Assembly (NCBI GenBank): GCA_944391395.1
Contig: CALXTI010000001.1
Location: 146,065 to 210,064 of the forward strand
DNA length: 64,000 nucleotides
Direction: 5' to 3'
Origin: an uncultured Alphaproteobacteria bacterium
GTDB taxonomy: Bacteria > Pseudomonadota > Alphaproteobacteria > RF32 > CAG-239
The position numbers and the translations under genes were made by a program. A model generated the notes under the pieces. That model did not search any database. It worked only from the letters and a program-made list of their open reading frames with translations, and was not told where the DNA came from. Positions 19,369 to 29,634 of the stretch are shown here, one piece after another; position 1 is the stretch's first letter; every line of letters starts with the position of its first letter.

Positions 19369-20826
19369 ATGGCGGAATATGTTATTGAAACCCCAAAAGG
19401 GAAATGGGAAATCGTGTGCGGTCTGGAAATCCACTGCCAAATTATTTCAAAATCAAAAATTTTCAGCGGCGCTTCCACCGAATTCGGTGATGACGCTAAT
19501 GAAAATGTTTCGTTTGTTGATGCGGGCATGCCCGGAATGTTGCCGGTTTTAAACAAAGAGTGTGTACGGCAGGCGGTTAAAACCGGTTTGGGTTTGAACG
19601 CAAAAATCAACAAATATTCCGTGTTTTCCCGCAAAAATTATTTTTATCCGGATACGCCGCAAAATTATCAAATTACTCAGTTTGAATATCCGTTGGTGGG
19701 TGAAGGCGAAGTTTTTGTGGACTTAAAAGACGGTTCGACCCGCCGTATCGGAATCGAAAGAATCCATATTGAACAAGATGCGGCAAAATCCATTCATGAT
19801 TTGAATCCGAAAAAAAGTTATATTGATTTAAACCGTGCCGGCGTCGGCTTGATGGAGATTGTGACTAAACCGGATTTTCGCTCGCCGGAGGAAGTGGGCG
19901 AATTTTTGAAAAAGCTGCGTTCCATCGTGCGCTATCTCGGTACTTGCGACGGCAATATGGATGAAGGTTCCATGCGCTGCGACGCCAGTATATCGGTGCG
20001 TCCTTCGGGCAGCAACGAATTGCGTCCGCGGGCAGAGGTTAAAAATGTCAATTCGGTTAAGTTTGCCATGCAGGCGGTTGAATTTGAAGCCAAACGGCAG
20101 ATTGAGCTGTATGAAAACGGCGAAACCATGCAACAGCAGACGCGCCATTTTAATCAAACGGACGGCAGTACGAAATTTTTGCGGTTGAAAGAGTTTTCGG
20201 ATGATTATCGTTATTTTCCGGAGCCGGATTTGCCGCCGCTTATTTTGGACGATGCGTTTATTGAAAATGTCAAAAAAGAAATGGTGGAACTGCCGGATGC
20301 CAAAAAAGCCCGCTTTGTTAAAGATATGGGCTTGACGGCATATGATGCCTCCGTTTTGTGCGAAAACAAGGAAACGGCAGATTTCTTTGAAAAAGCCGCC
20401 AAAGGTCATGACGCCAAAAAGGTGGCAAACTGGATGATGGGTGATTTTTTTGCCATGCTTAACGCCAAACGTCTGCCGTTGGAAAAAAGTCCGGTTACGC
20501 CTGAAATGCTCGGGCGGTTGGTGGATTTAATCACTTCAAACGTAATTAACGGAAAAACCGCCAAAGATGTGTTTGTCATTATGGCTGAGACGGGTGAGAA
20601 TCCGGAAAAAATCGTGGAAGAAAAGGGCTGGAAACAAGTTACCGATACAGGCGCTATTGAAAGTCTGATTGATAAGATTTTGACGGCGAATCCGGACAAT
20701 GTTGCTGCCTATCAAGCCGGTAAGGTTAATTTGATGGGATGGTTTGTCGGACAAGTGATGAAAGAATCCAAAGGCACGGCAAACCCGGCTATGGTTAATC
20801 AGATTTTGAAACAAAAGCTGGGCTAA
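19369..20826 (+). CDS. gatB: Asp/Glu-tRNA amidotransferase subunit B
   Basis: GatB motifs (CGLEIHCQ, NRAGVGLMEIVTKPD, C-terminal YqeY-like tail). Confidence 0.95.
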   Translation: MAEYVIETPKGKWEIVCGLEIHCQIISKSKIFSGASTEFGDDANENVSFVDAGMPGMLPVLNKECVRQAVKTGLGLNAKINKYSVFSRKNYFYPDTPQNYQITQFEYPLVGEGEVFVDLKDGSTRRIGIERIHIEQDAAKSIHDLNPKKSYIDLNRAGVGLMEIVTKPDFRSPEEVGEFLKKLRSIVRYLGTCDGNMDEGSMRCDASISVRPSGSNELRPRAEVKNVNSVKFAMQAVEFEAKRQIELYENGETMQQQTRHFNQTDGSTKFLRLKEFSDDYRYFPEPDLPPLILDDAFIENVKKEMVELPDAKKARFVKDMGLTAYDASVLCENKETADFFEKAAKGHDAKKVANWMMGDFFAMLNAKRLPLEKSPVTPEMLGRLVDLITSNVINGKTAKDVFVIMAETGENPEKIVEEKGWKQVTDTGAIESLIDKILTANPDNVAAYQAGKVNLMGWFVGQVMKESKGTANPAMVNQILKQKLG

Positions 20827-20828
20827 AC

Positions 20829-21806
20829 ATGGCAAAAAAGAAAAAAGAACGCAAAATTCCCGAAGTTCTGGTTTTTACGGATGTTAACCGGTATCCCGAT
20901 GATTTGGCGTCTTTTGTGGTGTTGGCGTATTTGGCGGATAAAAAACTCATTAATATCAAAGGCATTATTACCGAGTTGGGCACTTATGAAATACGCCGTC
21001 GTCGGGCGATTTATGCCAAAGGGGCAATGGTGGAGCTCGGACAACCGTTTCTACGCGTGGCACCGGGCGGTGATTATGAAGTACAAGACGAGGCGGACAA
21101 TACATTTCCGGAAAACGAAATTGCCGATATTTTTGCTCAGCACGGTATGACGATTTTAAGGAGCGGTACGACTTTTGTGCAAGAGTATATCAAATCGGTT
21201 AAAGAGAGGAATGTTTATGTTCTGCTCAACGCGCCGTTTCCGGATTTTGCCAAATATGTTAGAGCAGCATCGGAAGCGGTGAAGAAAAAAGTTAAGAAAA
21301 TCGTGGTGGGCGGCAATGTTGTGCCGCAAAAAAACGAAAAAGGTTTTTATCAGCCTGATGCCGAAAGTTTTAATTTTAAAGTCGGCTGGCCGGCAGCGCA
21401 GGAACTGTTTGATTATGCGCAGGAAAAAGAAGTGCGACTGGTGGTGGTTAGACCGGAAGATGTTAAAACCTTGCAGATGAAATATGAGTTTTTGGAAGAT
21501 TTGCAAGCAAGCAAAAATCCGGTGGCGCGACAGTTGATTGCCGACAAAAATAATAATCCGGTTTCCATGCAATATGACATGTTATCGGCTTTGGCATTGG
21601 CTGACGGTGAATTTAAGCGTGCCGGAGGAGTTTTTGAGCAAGAAGAAGATGCAAAAGTTAATGTTTCTTTTGCTAAAGTAGCGGATGCCGAAACGTTGAG
21701 AGCAAAATTTTGTGAGATTTTTAGAGAAAAATTAGCACCAAAGAAAATTTCGTTGGCGCAGTTGATGAGGCCGAAAGAAGAAAATAAAGAGGAAAGCAAG
21801 GAGTAA
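20829..21806 (+). CDS. Hypothetical protein with nucleoside hydrolase (IUNH)-like N-terminal pattern and Lys-rich termini
   Basis: Pattern FTDVNRYPDDLASFVVLAYLA...IKGIITELG resembles the DxDxxxDD...GITTV core of inosine-uridine nucleoside hydrolases. Only 2 nt separate it from the gatB stop. Confidence 0.35.
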   Translation: MAKKKKERKIPEVLVFTDVNRYPDDLASFVVLAYLADKKLINIKGIITELGTYEIRRRRAIYAKGAMVELGQPFLRVAPGGDYEVQDEADNTFPENEIADIFAQHGMTILRSGTTFVQEYIKSVKERNVYVLLNAPFPDFAKYVRAASEAVKKKVKKIVVGGNVVPQKNEKGFYQPDAESFNFKVGWPAAQELFDYAQEKEVRLVVVRPEDVKTLQMKYEFLEDLQASKNPVARQLIADKNNNPVSMQYDMLSALALADGEFKRAGGVFEQEEDAKVNVSFAKVADAETLRAKFCEIFREKLAPKKISLAQLMRPKEENKEESKE

Positions 21807-21810
21807 TGTT

Positions 21811-22587
21811 ATGACAAACGCCTTTTTTTTCAACGGATTGATGGCGGCACTCGTTGCCGGTTTGTTTACCGGCGTCGGCGGGTTTTTGATTTTTGTAAAA
21901 AAACGCTATTCAAAAAGTAACATTAATCTGATGCTTAATATTGCAGCCGGCGTGATGTTGGCGGCGTCGTTCTTTGCTCTTTTGGTACCTTCCATGCAGG
22001 AGATTTTTAAGATTGGTCTCGGTAAAAGCCATGCGGCTCTTTGGTATTGTCTGGCGGTATTTTTCGGGGTGGCGCTGATTTGGGTGTTAAATGAGTTTTT
22101 GCCGCATGAACATAACAATATGGTGCGACACGGACCGCATTTCAGTTTGCGCAAAGCGTGGTTGTTTATTATTGCCATATCGCTGCACAAACTGCCGGAA
22201 GGGTTGGCGGTCGGCGTGGCCTACAGCGCCGAAAATTTGGTTAATCCGGAAAGTCTGGTGTTGGGGATAGCTTTGCACAATATTCCGGAGGGGCTGACAA
22301 TGGCGATTTCTTTAATCGGTGCTGGCCAAAGCCGTTTGCGGGCGGCGTTGATCGCTTGTCTTATCGGCCTGCTGCAGCCTTTGGGCGCGGTGTTGGGCTT
22401 GGCTTTGAGCGGCTTGGGAACGGTGTTTGTTCCGTTCGCCATGGCGCTTGCCGGCGGTACATTGTTGTTTGTCGTTATTAACGAAATTCTGCCGGAAACT
22501 TATGGCTATAAGCAGACGGCAAAATCGGCTTTCGCCGTTTTTGCCGGCTTTATTGTCATGACATACTTGTTTATGGTTTTGGAATAG
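21811..22587 (+). CDS. zupT: ZIP-family divalent metal transporter (ZupT-like)
   Basis: Eight hydrophobic helices with HNIPEGLAVG and HNIPEGLTMA motifs. Confidence 0.8.
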   Translation: MTNAFFFNGLMAALVAGLFTGVGGFLIFVKKRYSKSNINLMLNIAAGVMLAASFFALLVPSMQEIFKIGLGKSHAALWYCLAVFFGVALIWVLNEFLPHEHNNMVRHGPHFSLRKAWLFIIAISLHKLPEGLAVGVAYSAENLVNPESLVLGIALHNIPEGLTMAISLIGAGQSRLRAALIACLIGLLQPLGAVLGLALSGLGTVFVPFAMALAGGTLLFVVINEILPETYGYKQTAKSAFAVFAGFIVMTYLFMVLE

Positions 22588-22604
22588 GGCTGTCGGCGTC
22601 TTTG

Positions 22605-24386
22605 TTAAAAAATTCCGCTTTGCTTTTCAAAACCGGAAGCCTGCATTTCATAAAATTTGTAATAGGCGCCTTTTTTCTCAAGCAATTCCCGATGTTTGCC
22701 GGTTTCCACGATTTTGCCTTTGTCCATCACTACCAAACGGTCCATTTCGTTTAAGGTAGAAAGCCGGTGGGCGATGGCAATCACGGTTTTGCCTTTCATC
22801 AGGCTTTTGAGAGAACGTTGAATGTAACGTTCGCTTTCGCTGTCTAAAGCAGATGTCGCCTCGTCTAAAATCAAAATCGGGGCGTTTTTCAAAATTGCCC
22901 GCGCAATCGCGATACGTTGTCGCTCGCCGCCGGAAAGCATGACGCCGCGTTCGCCGACTTTGCTCTGATATCCGTTGGGCAGGCTCATAATAAAATCATG
23001 AATATAAGCTTTTTTGGCGGCGGCTATGACTTGTCGGTCGTTTGCCTTGGGATTGCCGTAACGGATGTTTTCCATGATGGTGCGGTTAAACAAAGTGTTT
23101 TCTTGCGGAATGACGGCGATGTTTTTGCGTAGGCTCTCTTGTGTTACGTCGGCGATATCTTGTCCGCTGATTAAGATTTTACCTTTTTGCAAATCGTAAT
23201 ATCGGCTTAAAAGTTTAATTAGGGTTGATTTTCCGCTGCCGGAATGGCCGACCAGGCCGACTTTTTCGTTCGGTGCAATATGCAGGCTGAAATTTTTAAA
23301 TAACGGTTTGCCGTCTTTATAATGATAAGTGATTTTATCATAATCAATGCGGTTTTCTTTGACTTTTAAGATTTTAGCGTCAGGCTTGTCCACGACCTCG
23401 TTGGGTATTGCCAACAAGTCAAGTCCGTCTTGAATCGTGCCGTAAACCTGAGCAAAATTACTGGCAAAATAACTCATGTTGCGCACATTGCCAACCAGCG
23501 AGAGCACCAGTGAAATGCACAACACCACATCGGCGACGCTTAAATTATGGCGATACCAAAAATAAAGGATAAGCGCGTATGAAAAAATTGTCATCAAGTC
23601 AAAAATAAACTGTGATACCGTGCGCACGGTTATGTCTTTGTTCATTTCACGTCTTTGTGCCACGGCGGCTTCACGTGCGGCTTTGAAATAAAGCCGTTTT
23701 TCGTAAAAATAATTGGCAAAGCTTTTAACCAGCTGGCTGTTGGTGACGCCGTCCACAAATATGCCGTTGGCGGCGGCGTTTAATTTGGCTTTCATCGCCG
23801 AATAAGGGGTAACCTGTTTGCGAAAATAAACCGCCAAGAGCAAAAAGAACAAGTTGACGCCGCCCAAAATCAGCGCCAGTTTTTTATCAGCCGTACCAAT
23901 AAAGCAAAGGCTCATCACCATTTCTATAATCGGCATGGAAAAACCGAACAAAACGCTGAAGTAAAAATGCTCAACCATATTGATGATGTTGCGCACTTTG
24001 CCGGAGATGTTGCCGGAAAGTTCTTCTTCAAAAAAGCGGGCGGAATGTTTGTGTACCATGACAAACAAATCTTTGGAGACTTTCAGCGTGGCGAACGGTA
24101 CAAAATTTGCTTCCAAAATGCGTCGGAAAAATTCAATGCCGCCGCCGACAAACAATGCCAGCAGCATGTAACTTAAATATTTTATCAGAGTTTGCGCCAC
24201 GTCTTGATAAGCTTTTGCGTCTGAAATAATACCGATTATTTCGGCGGCAATATAGTTTTGCAGCCGCATTATAAAAGCCGCACAGGAAAAAATCAGGACA
24301 AAGGCAATCAGCAGATATTTTGCCTGCATGGCGTACTTCCAAACAAAACGCCATACCGTCAGCCGTTTGCCGCTTGTTATGTTCAA
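22605..24386 (-). CDS. ABC transporter, fused permease/ATP-binding exporter (MsbA-like type I exporter)
   Basis: N-terminal six-helix TMD. Walker A GHSGSGKST, signature LSGGERQRIAIARA, Walker B ILILDEATSALD. Confidence 0.85.
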   Translation of the reverse strand: MNITSGKRLTVWRFVWKYAMQAKYLLIAFVLIFSCAAFIMRLQNYIAAEIIGIISDAKAYQDVAQTLIKYLSYMLLALFVGGGIEFFRRILEANFVPFATLKVSKDLFVMVHKHSARFFEEELSGNISGKVRNIINMVEHFYFSVLFGFSMPIIEMVMSLCFIGTADKKLALILGGVNLFFLLLAVYFRKQVTPYSAMKAKLNAAANGIFVDGVTNSQLVKSFANYFYEKRLYFKAAREAAVAQRREMNKDITVRTVSQFIFDLMTIFSYALILYFWYRHNLSVADVVLCISLVLSLVGNVRNMSYFASNFAQVYGTIQDGLDLLAIPNEVVDKPDAKILKVKENRIDYDKITYHYKDGKPLFKNFSLHIAPNEKVGLVGHSGSGKSTLIKLLSRYYDLQKGKILISGQDIADVTQESLRKNIAVIPQENTLFNRTIMENIRYGNPKANDRQVIAAAKKAYIHDFIMSLPNGYQSKVGERGVMLSGGERQRIAIARAILKNAPILILDEATSALDSESERYIQRSLKSLMKGKTVIAIAHRLSTLNEMDRLVVMDKGKIVETGKHRELLEKKGAYYKFYEMQASGFEKQSGIF

Positions 24387-24402
24387 ATCGGTTCTCCCTT
24401 AC

Positions 24403-27400
24403 TTAAAAGCTATACTTTAAGCCGGCATTATATACCATATTATCATTATGTTCAAGCAGGCGCATGATTTCAGCATACACATTCCAGCCATTGAATTGAT
24501 AGTCGGTTTTCAAACTGATGACGCCGCGGCTGCGGGAATTGTCATAACCTGCAATTTCGTACAGGCCGTTCATGCCGGCGAACCGCGCGTTGATGTTTTG
24601 GTAGGCATCGTCATTTAGCTCGTAATAATACATGGCGCCGGCCTTTAAGTTGAGTTTCCCTTTAGCGCCAAAATCCGCTGCTTTGGAAAGGTAAGCGCCT
24701 AAGCCGGCTTCGGCTGAGAACATATTTTTGGCCTTAACCGAAATTCCGCCATCTTCGGCAAAGTCATCTTGATACATGCCGCTTAAGTTTATTTCTGCCG
24801 TCGGTTCAATATTGATACCGGAAGCTTGTTTTTTAAGGTAAATGCGGTTGTTCAAACCGTAGTAATAAGCTTTGAGGTCGGCCGTATGCTTTTTGGCATC
24901 GTCATAACGCTCATAATCACCGTCGCTAAATCCGACGTATGGTATAATCAGCGCGCCCCAACGCTCATAATCAAACCAATAAGGGTTGTAAACCTCAAAT
25001 AAATTATCATCGCGGTTGACGCCGTTGTCAAAATCAGTATCGACGCGGTAAACGCCCAACCCGATACCGTAACGGAAATTGTTGTTGATTTTTTTATCAA
25101 ACAAGCCGCTGAAGCCAAATAGACGCTCTTCATAACCGCTGACGCCGTCGTGCGCTTTGATGTCGTGATAATAATTGTCGGAAACAACGCTTACGCGTTC
25201 ATCTTTTTCGGAGGCGTTGTTTTGCATTAAATCAGCCATAGTGCGGTTGATGTGGCGCAGTCTCGCAAAATTTTGGTAAGCAAACGCCGGTACAAAATTT
25301 GTTCCTAATGTTTCTGCGACCACATTATTGAGTTTTGTTGTGTCTTCCGCGGTTTTGAATGTGTCAAACACATCGATTCGGTTGCCTTGTTGATAGTTGT
25401 TTTCAAGATATGAGGCCAGATTTTTATTTGCCATCAGTTTGTTGAAATCATAACGCGTCATCGCAATTTTATCACCGATCATTTCAGCGGCAAACATAGC
25501 GCTGTCGGAAGCGGCGGTCGCATTGTTTTCTTCCGCTTCAATCACGCGGCTTTCGTAGTAGTCATCATTGCTGCCGGTGGTCAGGTCTGCACCGCCATAC
25601 AATGTTCCGCTGACACTGCCGGTTTTGATTATGGAGTTTTTGCCGGCGACAGTCTTGCTTTTTTCATCAGCCAGAGCGTCTAAATTTAAGCTGTCTTCAG
25701 CTTCTAAAACGCCGAGATTGTAAAATTTTGCGCCGTTGGTCAAAGCAAATGCTTGCGCTCCGGCAGATTCCGTATCATCAGACAATGTACCGCCGTTTAT
25801 GGTCTCGGTTTCTTGGCTGCCGCTTCCGCTTACGGTGATAGTGCCTTGATTAACGATAACGGATTTTGAGCCGTTGGCGTACATGCCGACCGCGTTTGTG
25901 CCGCTGACGGTGATGGCGCCGCGGTTGATAAGTTTGACATAATTATCGTTTACGCCGTCCACATAACCGTCGGCAAACATGCCGGTACTTTCTTTGCCGC
26001 CGGTTAATGTGATGCTTCCCCGATTTTCAAATCCTTCTTCACCGGTTCCGGTAGCGTAAACCCCGTATTGATTATCACCGATTAAAGTGATGTTGCCTTC
26101 ATTGTATCCGGTTGCGGTTTTTTCAAGATAAATCCCGACCCGGCCGGATGCGCCGGCAGAACGATCATTTATTTTGCCGGTTGAGGAATTGATGACTTGG
26201 CCGGAATCGGCGTACATGCCTATGCCGTCTTTTATGTCGATGGATATGGTGCCGTTGTTGGTTAACTTTGCATTGTTTTGTCCCATCATGCCGATGCCCA
26301 TGTATCCGGAAATGTTAATCACGAAATCGTTTATAATCTCAGCTAAGCTTCCGTCAGCCAGCATTCCTGTGGCGTTTTCCGTTTGCGCTTCAAGCGTTCC
26401 TTTGTTGATAAGTTTGCTGAGGTGATTGCTGCCGTTGGCGTACATGCTGACGGCATTTTCTGAATCGATATTGATGCTGCCGCGGTTTTCAAATCCGTCG
26501 GCAGATGTGCCTTCGGCATATATACCGACGCCGTCCGCAAAACCGGTGATTGTAATGCTGCCTTCGTTGTAACCACCCGCATCACCGGTAAGATAAATGC
26601 CAAAAGCTTTGGATGACTGTTGGTTTTCTCCTTCGGTTTCTGTGGCGGTCAAATTGAGCGCGCTGCTGTTGATAACCGTATTGCCGTTACCGTTTGATTC
26701 AATGCCTTTCAGATTGACGGCACCGGTTAAATCAATCGTACCGTTGTTGGTAAACGAAACGGATTGACCGTTGAGCTGCACACCGGCAATTTTGTCGGGA
26801 TAATCTATGTCGATGCTGTTGTTTAAAGTGGCGTCGACGTAATTGCGGTCGATGACAAGACCTTTTATTTGCGGATCATCGCTTTCTTCTAAGGTATGCA
26901 TCAACGCTTTTATGTTGTTAACGCTCAAAGAACTGCGCTTGTCGGCCGAAGCCTCATCATTGTACCAATCGGTATAGTGCAAAACCGCTCCTCCCGGAAA
27001 GCGTTCGGCATAGATCGTACCGCTGTATTGGTCAACGTTTGTTATGTCGCCGACAATAAAATTATCCTGATAACGCGAATTGAGCTGAAGTACGGAATGT
27101 TGGCCGCCGGTGTTGTTTATAATGCTATCGATACTTTTAAAATGAACATTACTTAAATCAACCGTGCCGTTGTCTTTATATGAATAGTACGACAGATAAT
27201 ACGCTTCGATTTGCCCGGAATTTTCAAATTCTTTGGTGCGTATCTGATAGGTTTTTAAGGTGCCGCGATTGATGACGCTTTCAAGGTAGCCGGTTTTGTT
27301 TTCATCGGCAATATGTCCTTCAGTACTGCCTAAAGTGCCGATTTCGGCAACTCCTCCTTCTTCATTAACAAACGTGCCGTATTCGGGTCTGGATTCGTAT

Positions 27401-29634
27401 CCGGACAAAGCGCCTATAAACATGTTGCCGCTGTTGTGTGTTTCGCTGATTTCTCCGATGTTGACGTCAAAGACGCCGCCAGCCAAATTGTTGAGGATTG
27501 CAGCTCCCATATCGGCTTCGGCGCCGGTCAGCGTGCCGGCGTTGTTGATGGTGGAGCCATATGCCTCAATGTTGCCGTTAAGCGTTGCGCCGGATTGCAC
27601 GTTTAAGATGCTTTCACCAAGGTTGACGGAATAAAAATAGCCGCCGATTCCGGAAATTTGATAGTCGATGTTTGCGTATTGGTCGATAATTGAATGTTGG
27701 GCGACCAGACCGCCGGCAACAAAATTCGGGAAACTGCTTTCATAATACTGGCTGTTCATGTCCACATAAATATCGCCATGATTGGTAAGCTTCACGCCGT
27801 CAATTAATAAAGCCTGCATGGTGGCGTTTCCGGTCATGGTTATTTTACCGCTGTTTTCAGCCTTGATTAAAGTGCTTTCGTCTTCTTTGGAAACGTTTTC
27901 GCCTTTGTTAAGCACGCTTAATCCCATGGCACGGTAGCGGTCTCGATAAGCATTGACATCTTCATGATTGAGATTTGCAAAATAGGTTTCATCAAAACTG
28001 AAGTTAACATCTATGGCGCCGGAATTGTTAACTTCTATTTTATCAAACTCGTTTAACGGGATTGCCGAGACATTCATTCCCGCCACGGTCATATATTTAT
28101 CTTTTCCGGAAGTGTTTCCTTTTTCAATACGCTCATCGGTTGTCAGTTTGAGCGTAATGTTCCCCTCATTGTTCCAACTATTGATCAATTCTTTTTCAAT
28201 GTCATAACTGCGATGTAATCCGCCGGTCGACCTTCCGTCAAGCGTTAAGTAAATACCCAGGTTGGCTGTTGAGGGTTCAATATAATTATAGTCATGAGCT
28301 CCGTTAAGAGAATTATCTTGGATAACAAAGGTCGCCGTTCCGGTTAAGGTAATGTCGCCGGAATTGTAAACAACGCCATTGCCAAGCAGCATGATGCCTA
28401 TATTGTCCCGACCGTTCAGGTAAACCGTGCCGTTGTTTTCCAAAGTATGGAGGCTCTCCAGTTTGCTGTTTATAACACTTCCCAAAGTTTCGGTCAGAAT
28501 ACCGTAGCTGTCGTCTGCCGTGATGGTGATGGTGCCTGAATTTGAAATGGCTCCCACGCCGGAATCAATGCTTGTAAAAAATGTTTTATATGTGCTGGGT
28601 TCATGCGTTGCCATAATACCGACGCCATCGTATCCATCTGCCAAAACAATGTTTCCGGTATTGTCGACTCCGCCGGAGGACGCATATATTCCGCCCCAAG
28701 TTTCGCTTTTATTTGTTCCCGTGTTGGTCAAATTTTCAGAGTTATCGGTTCCGTTGTCGGTTTCGATGACAAAATTTGTTTCAGGTTCGACTTCGGTAAT
28801 GCAAGATTCACAACCGCCGCAAGAATTGTAACTTGAACAAACTTGTCCGGCGGTGCAGGTAAGGTCGGTGTAGCAACCTTCGGCGCAAGGGTTTTCTTTA
28901 CAAACATCGATTTGTTCGCATCTTTCGCAGCCGCCGCAACTATTTTGTTCGGCGCAAGTGTAACCTTCGGTGCAGGTAAGGTTGGTGTAGCAACCTTCGG
29001 CACAAGGATTTTCTTCACACGTTTCAACCGGCGGATCATTGCAGACAAGACAGTTACCGTTTTCATCCTCTTCGGCGCAACCGAATTCGCAGCTTAATCC
29101 CGGAGTTTCGGCCGTTTCATCACCACCGCCGCCGCCACCGCCGCCACCGTTTAAAAGTAGCGCTATGCCGCCGCCGGCAAGAAGCAAACCGGCCAAAGCC
29201 CATTTTTTGGAATTTGATTTTTCCATGTTATAAACCGGCGGCACATAATCGGCACTTTGCCATGTCGCACCGGCTTGCACGGCGTCTGATTCTATAAAAG
29301 CCTGATAATAGGGAATTTTCCATGTGCAAGGATGGTCAGGGTTGGCGCCCGCTTGACGGAAGGCATTATAAGCCGTGGCATTGCGCCGTTTGGCGGCAAC
29401 ACAAAGTCCCGTGTCGCCGTATGCGTTGGTGGCGTTAATGTTCATGCCGCGATGCACCGCTTCAAGCAACAATCTGACATCGCCTCTGGCCGCGACGGCA
29501 TACATCTCGTTAAAGTTGCGCGGCGCCAAACGATATGAACTCGCCGCCGCCGGCGATACAACCGTGCTGATTATCAGCGCCGGCATAAGAATAAAACTGA
29601 TAACTTGTCTGAAAAACCGTCCGGACATGATCAT
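24403..29634 (-). CDS. Large autotransporter (type Va) adhesin-like protein with repetitive beta-helical passenger
   Basis: 1743 aa. Sec signal peptide. An ankyrin-like repeat follows near the N-terminus (YGDTGLCVAAKRRNATAYNAFRQAGANPD). Hydrophobic plus poly-Gly linker, then tandem Cys-rich ~40-aa module. Dozens of GxITLTG/GxxxxGMYAxG passenger repeats. C-terminal beta-barrel ending ...YNAGLKYSF. Confidence 0.75.
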   Translation of the reverse strand: MIMSGRFFRQVISFILMPALIISTVVSPAAASSYRLAPRNFNEMYAVAARGDVRLLLEAVHRGMNINATNAYGDTGLCVAAKRRNATAYNAFRQAGANPDHPCTWKIPYYQAFIESDAVQAGATWQSADYVPPVYNMEKSNSKKWALAGLLLAGGGIALLLNGGGGGGGGGDETAETPGLSCEFGCAEEDENGNCLVCNDPPVETCEENPCAEGCYTNLTCTEGYTCAEQNSCGGCERCEQIDVCKENPCAEGCYTDLTCTAGQVCSSYNSCGGCESCITEVEPETNFVIETDNGTDNSENLTNTGTNKSETWGGIYASSGGVDNTGNIVLADGYDGVGIMATHEPSTYKTFFTSIDSGVGAISNSGTITITADDSYGILTETLGSVINSKLESLHTLENNGTVYLNGRDNIGIMLLGNGVVYNSGDITLTGTATFVIQDNSLNGAHDYNYIEPSTANLGIYLTLDGRSTGGLHRSYDIEKELINSWNNEGNITLKLTTDERIEKGNTSGKDKYMTVAGMNVSAIPLNEFDKIEVNNSGAIDVNFSFDETYFANLNHEDVNAYRDRYRAMGLSVLNKGENVSKEDESTLIKAENSGKITMTGNATMQALLIDGVKLTNHGDIYVDMNSQYYESSFPNFVAGGLVAQHSIIDQYANIDYQISGIGGYFYSVNLGESILNVQSGATLNGNIEAYGSTINNAGTLTGAEADMGAAILNNLAGGVFDVNIGEISETHNSGNMFIGALSGYESRPEYGTFVNEEGGVAEIGTLGSTEGHIADENKTGYLESVINRGTLKTYQIRTKEFENSGQIEAYYLSYYSYKDNGTVDLSNVHFKSIDSIINNTGGQHSVLQLNSRYQDNFIVGDITNVDQYSGTIYAERFPGGAVLHYTDWYNDEASADKRSSLSVNNIKALMHTLEESDDPQIKGLVIDRNYVDATLNNSIDIDYPDKIAGVQLNGQSVSFTNNGTIDLTGAVNLKGIESNGNGNTVINSSALNLTATETEGENQQSSKAFGIYLTGDAGGYNEGSITITGFADGVGIYAEGTSADGFENRGSINIDSENAVSMYANGSNHLSKLINKGTLEAQTENATGMLADGSLAEIINDFVINISGYMGIGMMGQNNAKLTNNGTISIDIKDGIGMYADSGQVINSSTGKINDRSAGASGRVGIYLEKTATGYNEGNITLIGDNQYGVYATGTGEEGFENRGSITLTGGKESTGMFADGYVDGVNDNYVKLINRGAITVSGTNAVGMYANGSKSVIVNQGTITVSGSGSQETETINGGTLSDDTESAGAQAFALTNGAKFYNLGVLEAEDSLNLDALADEKSKTVAGKNSIIKTGSVSGTLYGGADLTTGSNDDYYESRVIEAEENNATAASDSAMFAAEMIGDKIAMTRYDFNKLMANKNLASYLENNYQQGNRIDVFDTFKTAEDTTKLNNVVAETLGTNFVPAFAYQNFARLRHINRTMADLMQNNASEKDERVSVVSDNYYHDIKAHDGVSGYEERLFGFSGLFDKKINNNFRYGIGLGVYRVDTDFDNGVNRDDNLFEVYNPYWFDYERWGALIIPYVGFSDGDYERYDDAKKHTADLKAYYYGLNNRIYLKKQASGINIEPTAEINLSGMYQDDFAEDGGISVKAKNMFSAEAGLGAYLSKAADFGAKGKLNLKAGAMYYYELNDDAYQNINARFAGMNGLYEIAGYDNSRSRGVISLKTDYQFNGWNVYAEIMRLLEHNDNMVYNAGLKYSF

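Noticed and set aside
24948-29233. Numerous 60-160 aa ORFs on both strands inside the autotransporter gene (for example 26174-26425, 28843-29097, 29039-29233)
   Set aside because: They lie entirely within a strongly supported 5.2-kb CDS. They reflect repetitive or low-complexity codon usage (Gly/Thr/Ser-rich in alternative frames) and have no independent start signals.
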